NCBI GenBank assembly: GCA_045862955.1
Contig: BTVI01000002.1
Location: 1 to 64,000, forward strand
DNA length: 64,000 nucleotides
Reading direction: 5' to 3'
Source of the DNA: Fimbriimonadales bacterium
Lineage (GTDB): Bacteria > Armatimonadota > Fimbriimonadia > Fimbriimonadales > JABRVX01
Shown here: piece after piece, positions 18,821-27,934 of the stretch
How positions within the stretch are numbered: the stretch's first letter is position 1
How the letters are laid out: each line of letters starts with the position of its first letter
Position numbers and translations under genes: made by a program
The notes under the pieces: model-generated
What the model saw: the letters and a program-made list of their open reading frames with translations, nothing else
Told to the model about the DNA's origin: nothing
Database searches by the model: none

Positions 18821-20257
18821 CTACCCTTGGGAGTCCAGGTGCTGCAAGAGCAGGTTCATGTCCCGAAGGTCTACTGCGCCGTCACCGTTCAGGTCGTAGT
18901 GCAGGTCGCCTTTGCCGATCTGCTTCACCAGCGCGTCTACATCGAGCTGGTCTAGCTTGCCGTCTCCGTTCAGGTCCAGGCGTCCTCGCAGCTCCTTGTC
19001 GCCAGCCGCTGGCTGTCCGACATTCGCGGAGGCCGCCGGCTCGCTCACGAACACACCCGCCACACCGCCGGCTCCGAGGCTCGGAGCGTCGCTAAGAAAC
19101 GCGCAGACATTCCCAGTAGCATCCGCCACTGGAAACGCGCACTTGCCGTCCGCCCGCACCCCCGCTGGGTTAGCAGAGACGCAGCGGGTGGACTTGTCGG
19201 TGCGAGAATAGCAGTACACGTTCGCCGCACCCCTGCCGCCAGTTCCGGGCAGGGCCGAGGACCTGGAAAGAAAGAACACGCGCTTGCCGTCTCCCGAGAG
19301 TGCAACGCTGGCAGGTTCCACACCCTCGGGAACAGTGGTGCAGCGTTGGGTCGTCTTGGCACGGAGGTCTCGTACGAACACGTCCGCTGACTTGTTGGCG
19401 TCGCCACTAACCAACGCATCGTCTCTGCTGATGAACGCCACGAGCGAGCCGTCGTCCGAGATGGCAGCAGCCGTGCAGCCGCTCCGGGCGGGCTTCCCGT
19501 CCGCGCCGAGCGATACGAGTTCGATCTTGTCGCTCACCCGGTCATAACGGTAGACCTGTCGAGCGCCGTTGCTCGGCGCGCCTTGGAGGTCCGTTGCGTC
19601 ACTGAGGAACAGCACGTACCTGCCGTCGGGAGTGATGGATGCCACGACGCTGGACGCTCCAGCGGGTTGGTTGTTTTTGTCTAAGGAGATGGCAGAGACG
19701 CTGCCCGAGGCGCGATCCATGAGCCATACCTGTGGTTTCTCGAGGCTGATGAACGGAGCAGGGGCGGTCATGGCGATAAAGCTTGCTTCCCTGCTGACGG
19801 CGATCTCGCTCGAGCACGAGCCCATCGGCCCAGGCTCATTCAACGCGATGGGTTCCGTGGTCTTGGTACTGAGGTCGTGGAGATAGACCTCACCGGCACT
19901 CGTCACGAGCGCGATGTAGCGGCCGTCTGGGCTGAGCGCCAGACCCTTCGAGCTGGTGTTGGCACCCTGCACCGACGCGTCCAGGCGCACGAGACGGCCG
20001 TCGGGGCGCGTGAATACGTATGCTCCCGATGCTCCCGTTCCGTCCGCAGCAATATTGGACGCCTTCGACGCGAAGCCGATGACGTTACCGTCACGGCTGA
20101 TTGCCACGGCCGTGACCGGTGCACTCGGGGGCTTACCGTCCGAGGTCCGCGAGACGAGCGTGACGCTATCCGCCACTGCCCCGCAAGCAGCGGCTTCGAG
20201 CAGGACAACGCCCACACATACCACTCGTTGCAGCATGAGGAACCGCTCCATTTCCAT
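18821..20257 (-). CDS. Secreted TolB/PD40-like beta-propeller protein with C-terminal dockerin-like domain
   Basis: Repeats ISRDG, LSPDGRY, ITPDGRYV, ISDDG, LSGDG; C-terminal duplicated DLNGDGKLDQLD / DLNGDGAVDLRD Ca-binding loops. Confidence 0.85.
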   Translation of the reverse strand: MEMERFLMLQRVVCVGVVLLEAAACGAVADSVTLVSRTSDGKPPSAPVTAVAISRDGNVIGFASKASNIAADGTGASGAYVFTRPDGRLVRLDASVQGANTSSKGLALSPDGRYIALVTSAGEVYLHDLSTKTTEPIALNEPGPMGSCSSEIAVSREASFIAMTAPAPFISLEKPQVWLMDRASGSVSAISLDKNNQPAGASSVVASITPDGRYVLFLSDATDLQGAPSNGARQVYRYDRVSDKIELVSLGADGKPARSGCTAAAISDDGSLVAFISRDDALVSGDANKSADVFVRDLRAKTTQRCTTVPEGVEPASVALSGDGKRVFFLSRSSALPGTGGRGAANVYCYSRTDKSTRCVSANPAGVRADGKCAFPVADATGNVCAFLSDAPSLGAGGVAGVFVSEPAASANVGQPAAGDKELRGRLDLNGDGKLDQLDVDALVKQIGKGDLHYDLNGDGAVDLRDMNLLLQHLDSQG

Positions 20258-20454
20258 TTCCCCTCTCTCAAAGCCGAATTCGCAGCGCCCAAAAGAATAC
20301 TAGAGCACGTGCCCATGGTGCACGACGAGTCGCATGTCGCGACGAGAGCCCTGGGCCGGGCCCACCGACCAGCCCCCGTCGGAATCCCGACATCTCGCTG
20401 GAGTCAGCATCGTCGAGACGATGAAATTGCCAGCCGCCCTGCGTGCGCGGTGGC

Positions 20455-21790
20455 TGTCGAAGCAGGCGGCCACGTCGTCCCTCAGCCCACCCCCGAGGAC
20501 CGTCATGCTGAGCTTGTCGAAGCATGGCATCTATAAGCACCACGCCCACCTGGTGAATTCGAAAACGTGCGGCCGGCGGTGTCATGCTTCGACAGGCTCA
20601 GCATGACGAAAGGTTCAGCGAGACGATGGGCTCAGCATGACGCCAGGTTCAGCGAGGCGAGGGGCTCAGCGTGACGTCGGGTTCAGGAAGACGACAAGCT
20701 CAGCATGACGCCAGGTTCAGCGAGGCGAGGGGCTCAGCATGACGTCGGGTTCAGGAAGACGACAAGCTCAGCATGGCGTCGGGTTCAGCATGACGTCGGC
20801 GGTGACCCACCCGCTGCGAGAGGTGAGGGCTAGGATAAAGGGGAGGGTGTCTCGGCGACTTGCCGGGGGCTCGGGTGACGAGCGCGGGATCAGCCCATCC
20901 GCTTGACCGAGAACGGCGACTCCCTGCGGGCTCGGGTGACGAGGCAGAACAAGGAGCACCGTCATGCTGAGCTTGTCGAAGCATGCGGCCGTATCCCGCC
21001 AGCGGGTCCCCGCCCCCCCGTCATGCTGAGCTTGTCGAAGCATGGCATCGCGAGTCGCATGCACACGACCACATCTCTGAGCCCACCCCCGAGGACCGTC
21101 ATGCTGAGCTTGTCGAAGCATGCGGGCGTATCCCCCCAGCGGGTCCCCGCCCCCCCCGTCATGCTGAGCCTGTCGAAGCATGACATCGCGAGTCGCATGC
21201 ACACGACCACATCCCTTAGCGCCTCCCCAAGCACCGTCATGCTGAGCTTGTCGAAGCATGGCATCTATAAGCACCACGCCCACCTGGTGAATTCGAAAAC
21301 GTGCGGCCGGCGGTGTCATGCTTCGACAGGCTCAGCATGACGCCAGGTTCAGCGAGGCGAGGGGCTCAGCGTGACGTCGGGTTCAGGAAGACGACAAGCT
21401 CAGCATGAGGTCAGGTTCAGCGAGTCGCCAGGCTCAGCATGACGCCAGGTTCAGCGAGGCGAGGGGCTCAGCATGACGTCGGGTTCAGGAAGACGACAAG
21501 CTCAGCATGACGTCGGCGGTGACCCACCCGCTGCGAGAGGTGAGGGCTAGGATAAAGGGGAGGGTGTCTCGGCGAGTCGCCGCGGGCCCGGGTGACGAGG
21601 CAGAACAAGGAGCACCGTCATGCTGAGCCTGTCGAAGCATGGCATCTATAAGCACCACGCCCACCTGGTGAATTCGAAAACGTGCGGCCGGCGGTGTCAT
21701 GCTTAGACAGGCTCAGCATGACACCAGGTTCAGCGAGACGAGGCGCTCAGCATGGCGTCGCTAGCTACCCACCCTCAGAGAGTGGCAAAG
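20455..21790. repeat. REP cluster 3 (largest mosaic, opposite polarity to cluster 1)
   Basis: Forward REPs at 20501, 20960, 21019, 21097, 21157, 21235 and 21616; reverse REPs at 20583, 21317 and 21698; 17-bp tandem runs at 20591-20794 and 21325-21511. Confidence 0.93.
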
Positions 21791-21822
21791 GGTTCTCGCA
21801 AAAAGGTCACGGATACAGTACG

Positions 21823-24800
21823 CTAGCGACCGCGTAGTATCGGAACCGCAACGTTGATCATGGGAAGCGACACGGTCGCCACGTTGCTCCCCGCTCCGCA
21901 GTTGGTGATGCGGTAGGTGAAGGAATCGCCACGTAGCGTGTTCGACCTGTAGATGAACGAGCCGTCGGGATGTAGCTCGAATTCCACGGCGTAGCGCGGT
22001 GGCGATACTAGCTCCACGCTTTGCCCATAGCCTCTCATCACGGTGTCGTTCTTCAACACTCCGTTCTCCGGTGAGACGATAAGCGTCGAGCCCAGCGAGA
22101 CGAAGTACCTGTCGTCTCGGGCGACCGGCTCCTCATAGGGCACGAAGTTGAGAACAAGGTCGTCGCCGAGACCGAGGGCGACCGGCACCAGCAGGTCTCC
22201 AGTGGGTCCCGAGGGCACGCAGCCGGCGAAGCGAACTTCTTGGCTTACGCGGTCCTCCAGACGGACCGCATACGCGCGACCCGATGGTAGCCCGAGACGC
22301 TTGATGGTCGCGACGGTTGGGCTCTGTGCCTGCAGCCGAAGCGAACTAGGTCCGAGGTACGTAACATCCAAGTGCGGCCCGGCAATCACTTCGACGTCCC
22401 ACGCCGTCGAGCTCCAGTCGTGAGTGTTATGGAGCATTCCTCCCAGCACTAGACCACTGAATGCGATCCGCTCCACTCCCGGCACAACGGGAAGCCCTTC
22501 CGAATCGAAGGCATCGCGCCACGAGGAGCCGGTGTAGAACTCGGCTGCTCGCCTCGCTCCCTCGTCCGTACCGTCGGTGATGGCATAGAATGCTCTCCAC
22601 CGAAGCTCGGGTGGCACCGCCTCGCTCTGCAGTAAGTTCACGCTGAGCACGTTACGGCTCGTCTCCTGCGTCATCAGGGTGCCGTTGTGCGAATAGTTGC
22701 TGGCAAACGGCCCGAGCGTGATGCTCGGCGCGGCCCCCGTGTAGCCCTGCATCTCGCTGTGGAGCGGGATGATGCAGATGCCAGTTCCCGGCATTGTGGA
22801 AGACGGGGGATAGAAGTTGTGGATGTATTGGATGTTCGCCAGAGGCACGGGGTCCGGTCGCCCCATCACGCCATCGTACAGGGTCGTGACCGTTCCCGAC
22901 AAGTCGCGTACTTGGGAGACCATGCCCTTGTTCAGCACGAACGGTATGTATGCGTCTGCATTCGAGGGACCGGATCCGTTGCGCTTGATGGTCCTCTCGT
23001 CTCGCAGCACGCGTCGGAAGAACGACACCTTTGCCGTGTTCGTGAAGGGGCCCGTAGTCACGACGCCGTTCGTGATCAGCGCACTGAAGCGCGGGTCGAG
23101 TGGGCGAGTGTCGTAGTCACCGATGCCCGCTAGGTCCCACGGGCTCTGTACGATCTCCAGCACGTCCGGCGTATCGGAACGAGTGGTTGCGAGCACCGAT
23201 CCCCCCGAGACGAGACGGAAGTCGAACCCGGGCAGATCAGCCTGCGTCGTACCGCCGCGATAATTGATGAGGGGCCGATAGAAACGATCCATGATACGGG
23301 TCGGGTGGACGCCCACATACTCGAACACGGATGGCCCGTTACCTACTCTGCGTGACCCCATAATGCCGGAGCTGTAGTAGTCGGTGTTGACGAGTAGGTG
23401 CTTGCGGTTCCAGAACCACCTGGCTAGGCCCGTCTCCGGATGGGAAGGCATATCCGGGACGCCCTGCAGCAGTGCCAGCGATATGGTGGAAAGGTAGATG
23501 CCAGCCGCGGTGAGCTTGTTCAGGTTGACGTACTCGTTGCCGAGCTCGTAGCTGCGTGAGCGGGTCTGCAGCGGCTCGATAGGCAGGGCCCCATCCTCCT
23601 CGTCGCCGTCCCACGTATCCATGCGGTGTCGGTGCTCGATGTAGCTGTCGAGGATTGCCCTCGCCGTCTTTGCGTCATCAGGGAAGCGGTTTAGCGTCGC
23701 CCCGCTGATCATGCCGAGCAGTCCCTTGGCTGCCCACTCGATGTACTGACACGAGTGCCCTCTCGCGACGCCCCAAACGCTGTCTATGTTCGACAGTCCG
23801 CAGAAGGCATAGGTGCCCAGCACTGCCTGTTGCCACGCGCGGTACCGTTCTCTCTGCGTACCATTGAACGCCTCGCCACCTGCGGCAAGCATGGCGTCAT
23901 AGAAGGACAGCGCGTAGAGGTTGTGCCAGTACTCCTGCATTCCCCAGTTGAAGACGGTCTGATCGTCCGGCTTCTTCTCGTATCGGTGCTTGAAGTCGGG
24001 TGTCATGGTGGCATCGACACCGCCCGTGTTGAACAGATCGAGGTGCATTTTGAGCGCATTCGTGTAGTGCCGGGGATACCAATAGTCACCACGAATGCGG
24101 TACAGCCAATAGGCAATTGCGGGCGCCCAGATGTACTTCTCCGAGTGACCGTTCAAGTTGTAGCCGCTCCAGTAGATGAACGGTGCCTGATTGTATATCT
24201 TGCTTCGCGTAACGATATCGAGCGGCAGGTAGAGGTAGCAGACCGCCAGCGCCTCCATGATGGAAGCGGAGAAGAGCGGATGCTCGTAAGTGTTGCTACC
24301 GTCGAAAGTGACGTACCAGGTGATACCTACCTGCGGTGGGCTGGCCATCAGGTTCGCACAGATACGTTGTGCGCGCGTGAGCTCTGTCGCCGTGGCGCGG
24401 CCGTATCGGTGCTTGACGGCTATTGCCATTGCATACTGCGCGCTAGGCAGCGTCAACGGTCGGTAGGTACCGGAGTACAGGGCGATGTCCCAGATCTGGG
24501 GGCGCACTCCAGGACCAGGGGTTGCGGTCGTGTCTATCGCTAGCCGCCAATAGCGCCCGGTGATCCCTTGCGAGCGCCAAAAGCGCACCACCGCGTAGTG
24601 GTTGGTGTCTGCCTTCCCGATAAACCGCTCTTGAGCTACCGGGGACCAGGTCAATCCGTCTTCCGAGCATTCGAGCGCGACGTCCCAGATCCCATCCGCC
24701 GTGAAGCCGAGGTAGGCGAGGCCGAGCAGGATCGCCTTACTCTGCTGGATGTCGAGGGTGTACTCCCAGTGCGATACGCCTTCGCCCCCCTGCCATGCCG

Positions 24801-25092
24801 TATTCGACGGGCGGCTCGCAGACTGAAAGTCGTCCACGGCGTCGTACGCGTAAGTTACGCTACTGCCCGGCAATGTCGAGGTGGCCGACCCTATTGCTTG
24901 ACGGGAAGCGATGGTGGGAATCGTCTCGTAGCACCAACCGTTCAGCTCATCCCACCGTGTCTCGAAGTAGCGAAACGTGCTGTCCAACTCGTCCAAGAAC
25001 CGGACTTCCGCAGGCGATTGACCCCCGACGGCCGCTATGAGCACCAGCGCCATTAGGCCGACGAACGGAACGCGCAGCCAACAGCTCATCAA
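21823..25092 (-). CDS. Large secreted hypothetical protein (discoidin-like insert, helical core, beta-rich region, C-terminal Big_9/tandem-95-like Ig domain)
   Basis: Signal peptide; SEDGLTW...GRYWRL (F5/8-like); C-terminal PVARDDRY...GVLKND...DGSFIY...DSFTYRI...SNVATVS. Confidence 0.7.
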   Translation of the reverse strand: MMSCWLRVPFVGLMALVLIAAVGGQSPAEVRFLDELDSTFRYFETRWDELNGWCYETIPTIASRQAIGSATSTLPGSSVTYAYDAVDDFQSASRPSNTAWQGGEGVSHWEYTLDIQQSKAILLGLAYLGFTADGIWDVALECSEDGLTWSPVAQERFIGKADTNHYAVVRFWRSQGITGRYWRLAIDTTATPGPGVRPQIWDIALYSGTYRPLTLPSAQYAMAIAVKHRYGRATATELTRAQRICANLMASPPQVGITWYVTFDGSNTYEHPLFSASIMEALAVCYLYLPLDIVTRSKIYNQAPFIYWSGYNLNGHSEKYIWAPAIAYWLYRIRGDYWYPRHYTNALKMHLDLFNTGGVDATMTPDFKHRYEKKPDDQTVFNWGMQEYWHNLYALSFYDAMLAAGGEAFNGTQRERYRAWQQAVLGTYAFCGLSNIDSVWGVARGHSCQYIEWAAKGLLGMISGATLNRFPDDAKTARAILDSYIEHRHRMDTWDGDEEDGALPIEPLQTRSRSYELGNEYVNLNKLTAAGIYLSTISLALLQGVPDMPSHPETGLARWFWNRKHLLVNTDYYSSGIMGSRRVGNGPSVFEYVGVHPTRIMDRFYRPLINYRGGTTQADLPGFDFRLVSGGSVLATTRSDTPDVLEIVQSPWDLAGIGDYDTRPLDPRFSALITNGVVTTGPFTNTAKVSFFRRVLRDERTIKRNGSGPSNADAYIPFVLNKGMVSQVRDLSGTVTTLYDGVMGRPDPVPLANIQYIHNFYPPSSTMPGTGICIIPLHSEMQGYTGAAPSITLGPFASNYSHNGTLMTQETSRNVLSVNLLQSEAVPPELRWRAFYAITDGTDEGARRAAEFYTGSSWRDAFDSEGLPVVPGVERIAFSGLVLGGMLHNTHDWSSTAWDVEVIAGPHLDVTYLGPSSLRLQAQSPTVATIKRLGLPSGRAYAVRLEDRVSQEVRFAGCVPSGPTGDLLVPVALGLGDDLVLNFVPYEEPVARDDRYFVSLGSTLIVSPENGVLKNDTVMRGYGQSVELVSPPRYAVEFELHPDGSFIYRSNTLRGDSFTYRITNCGAGSNVATVSLPMINVAVPILRGR

Positions 25093-25309
25093 CTACCTAT
25101 CCTCCGTCCACTGCCGGCGAGATCGAAAATGCATCACGGCGGCCTTAGCCGCTGTCGAGTCGCGAGGTGCGCGAACCGCAGACTCCGATCGCTCCCTCGA
25201 GGGACCACCGATCGGCACACTGCCGGAATGGGCAAGTGCCGTGCCTAGACAAGCCTATTCTACGCGGAGTCCTGGGATTGTGCAACGCATTTGTGCGAAG
25301 ATTCTTCGA

Positions 25310-26215
25310 TTACCTGCCTGATTCGGCCAATCCATCCAGCAGAGCCCAGCGCAGACCTCGGGATGAGACGCCAACCACGGACGCTCCCAGCGCAGTAATA
25401 GCTCGTTCGAGGATGAGTGCTCCAGCGTGGATGGCGACCTCGCGGCCGGCCTCGAGACCCGGCAGCGCGGCCCGTTCCTGGACGCTCATCCCGCAGAGCC
25501 GCTCGCGCAGCCCTCGCACGTGTTGCAGGGTGAGTACGGAGCCGTGGACGGCATCGGGATCGAACTCTAGCCCGCGCGTAAGCGAGGCCAGGTTCACGCC
25601 TGTTGAGCCCACCGTCGCGACCGATGAACACTGGCTGGGCGGGTCGGAACCAAAGAGGACGTCGGCAGCCTCGCAGGCCGCCTGGACCAGCGGGCCCGGG
25701 CACGGGCCGGGGCCCAGCAGACCCGAGGCAAGCATCGCGGCACCGATCGGGTAGCTGTGCTCGGTCGACTCTGTACAGACCTCTGTGCTTGCGCCGCCGA
25801 TGTCCACCACGGCGTCAACCCTTCCCGCAAACGCAGGGTCGCGGACCACGGAGAGGTAGCTAAGACGTGCCTCCTCCTGCGGCTGGAGAACGCGCACCTC
25901 GAGGCCGATGCGTGCGAGGCGTTCGAGCATCTGCGAGGAGTTCGCAGCCATGCGGAAGGCCATCGTTCCCGCGGCCACGACGCTCTCCGGCTCGAACGTC
26001 CGAGCCTCCTGCAGGAGCGTATCGCAGACCTCCGCAGTCCGCTCCATCGCCGGCTCGGAGAGAGTGTCCGTTTCGGCCAAGCCCTCGCCCAGGTGCGTAA
26101 CCACGCACCGCTCCAGCATACGCCTCCACTGACCGGTTCGGAACTCCGCGACGAGAAGCAATACCGAGCTCGAACCGATGTCGAAGACTGCGCGACGCGT
26201 CCCTTCCTTCGGCAT
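25310..26215 (-). CDS. Ppx/GppA family phosphatase (short form)
   Basis: FDIGSSSV, EEARLSY, VDIGGASTE, GLRW motifs. Confidence 0.88.
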   Translation of the reverse strand: MPKEGTRRAVFDIGSSSVLLLVAEFRTGQWRRMLERCVVTHLGEGLAETDTLSEPAMERTAEVCDTLLQEARTFEPESVVAAGTMAFRMAANSSQMLERLARIGLEVRVLQPQEEARLSYLSVVRDPAFAGRVDAVVDIGGASTEVCTESTEHSYPIGAAMLASGLLGPGPCPGPLVQAACEAADVLFGSDPPSQCSSVATVGSTGVNLASLTRGLEFDPDAVHGSVLTLQHVRGLRERLCGMSVQERAALPGLEAGREVAIHAGALILERAITALGASVVGVSSRGLRWALLDGLAESGR

Positions 26216-26274
26216 GGCTCTAGTGTAACGCCTCTGCGCAGGGAGGAGGCGGCGGCGAGGGGAATCGAACCGTC

Positions 26275-27042
26275 ATGAACAGGTTGGAGGGAAAGATTGC
26301 GGTGGTAACGGGCGCCGGATCGGGCATCGGGCGCGCCATCGCAGAGCGGTTCGTTGCAGAAGGCGCCCACGTATACCTCGCGGAGATCGACCCGGAGGCT
26401 GGCAAGCAGGCTGCGGCGGCGATGGACGGCCGAGCGCGCTTCGTACGCACCGACGTGACCGACCGGGCGAGTGTGCGGGCGTTGGCAGAGGCGGTCCGCA
26501 AAGAGTTCGAAGTCCTGCACGTACTGGTGAACAACGCGGGTACGAACTTCTTTCGCGATCCGCTGGAGGCCGACGATGCCACGTGGCAGGCGTGCATAGA
26601 CCTAGACATGAAAGGAGCTTGGATCTGCGTCCAGGCTCTCGTTCCCCTGATGACGGAGGGTGGCAGTATCCTCAACATCGCCTCGACGCAGCCGCTGCGG
26701 ACGCTCCCCGGCACCTTCCCTTACGGGGCCGCGAAGGGTGGTCTGCTCGGCATGACGGCAGGGTGGGCTTGCGACTTCGGGCCTCGCGGAATCCGCGTCA
26801 ACGCAGTGTTGCCCGGCTTCATCGTAACGCCGCTTACCTACCGAACCGAGAAGGACCCCGAGGCGGTCTTCGTGCGCCAAGTCAGGGCGCAGACCGTCAA
26901 GCGATTGGGCACTCCCGAGGACGTTGCGTGGCTGGCGGTCTATCTGGCCTCTGACGAGAGCGAGTTCATGTCGGGAGCGCAGATCATCCTGGACGGAGGG
27001 CGAAACGTGTTGAATGCCGGCGTCCTGCCTCCGGACTTCTAA
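26275..27042 (+). CDS. SDR family oxidoreductase
   Basis: TGAGSGIG, VNNAG, YGAAK, IRVNAVLPG. Confidence 0.93.
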   Translation: MNRLEGKIAVVTGAGSGIGRAIAERFVAEGAHVYLAEIDPEAGKQAAAAMDGRARFVRTDVTDRASVRALAEAVRKEFEVLHVLVNNAGTNFFRDPLEADDATWQACIDLDMKGAWICVQALVPLMTEGGSILNIASTQPLRTLPGTFPYGAAKGGLLGMTAGWACDFGPRGIRVNAVLPGFIVTPLTYRTEKDPEAVFVRQVRAQTVKRLGTPEDVAWLAVYLASDESEFMSGAQIILDGGRNVLNAGVLPPDF

Positions 27043-27143
27043 GACTTGCATCGCTGGGATGCCCGGCGACGCGTTCCGACAATGCTAGAGTGAAAGGGAC
27101 CGCAGAAGGTACTCTAGCGCGAGAAGGGGGGCGATGTTTAGCT

Positions 27144-27794
27144 ATGCAAATCGTCGATTCGGCTGTCGAACAGTACATGCGCTCGCTGGCTCCCAGCCAC
27201 CATCCCGTGCTTCGCGAGATGGAAGCCTATGCAGCAGAGAAGAACTTCCCGATCATCGGCCCTTTGTGTGGGCGTCTCCTCTATCAGTACTCCGTCATGC
27301 TGGGGGCGAAGCAGGTGTTCGAGATGGGCTCGGGTTACGGCTACTCGACCTTCTGGTTCGCGATGGCCGTCGGTCCCGATGGCAGGGTGGTTTACACGGA
27401 CAAGAGTGAAGCGAACTGCCAAAAGGCCAAGGAGTTCCTCGGCGCCGCTGGTCTCGCCGACCGTGTCGTGTTCGAGGTGGACGATGCGCTGGAGGCGGTC
27501 CGCAGGTACGACGGTCCGTTCGACGTGATGCTGATTGACGTAGACAAGCCGGGCTACCCGGAGGCACTGCGGCTCGCAAAGGAGCGGGTTCGCGTCGGGG
27601 GGCTGATCATCACGGACAACGTGCTGTGGTCCGGAGCGGTAGCCCACCCACCTTCCGACCGGGCAACGGAGGCGATTCTCGAGTACAACCGCGCGGCCTA
27701 CGACGATCCCGAGCTGTTGACCACCATCCTGTCCGTGCGGGATGGCCTTGCCGTCTCGCTTAGGCTGGGCAACGGGGTGCAATCGCATCTGTAG
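27144..27794 (+). CDS. SAM-dependent O-methyltransferase (CCoAOMT/TrmR-like family)
   Basis: FEMGSGYGYS, FDVMLIDVDK, GGLIITDNVLWSG; start placed at the ATG at 27144. Confidence 0.88.
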   Translation: MQIVDSAVEQYMRSLAPSHHPVLREMEAYAAEKNFPIIGPLCGRLLYQYSVMLGAKQVFEMGSGYGYSTFWFAMAVGPDGRVVYTDKSEANCQKAKEFLGAAGLADRVVFEVDDALEAVRRYDGPFDVMLIDVDKPGYPEALRLAKERVRVGGLIITDNVLWSGAVAHPPSDRATEAILEYNRAAYDDPELLTTILSVRDGLAVSLRLGNGVQSHL

Positions 27795-27934
27795 TCGCCG
27801 ATCCGGACGAAGCCCTCGTACGTCATTGGAGTCGGCTTGACTTGTAGCCAACGGCAAGGTAGCATCTGCCGGGCGGTCAGAAGTCGCCCGCTACCTCGCA
27901 CGGACGGCATTCGGTAGCACCGGAGGGAGACGTA

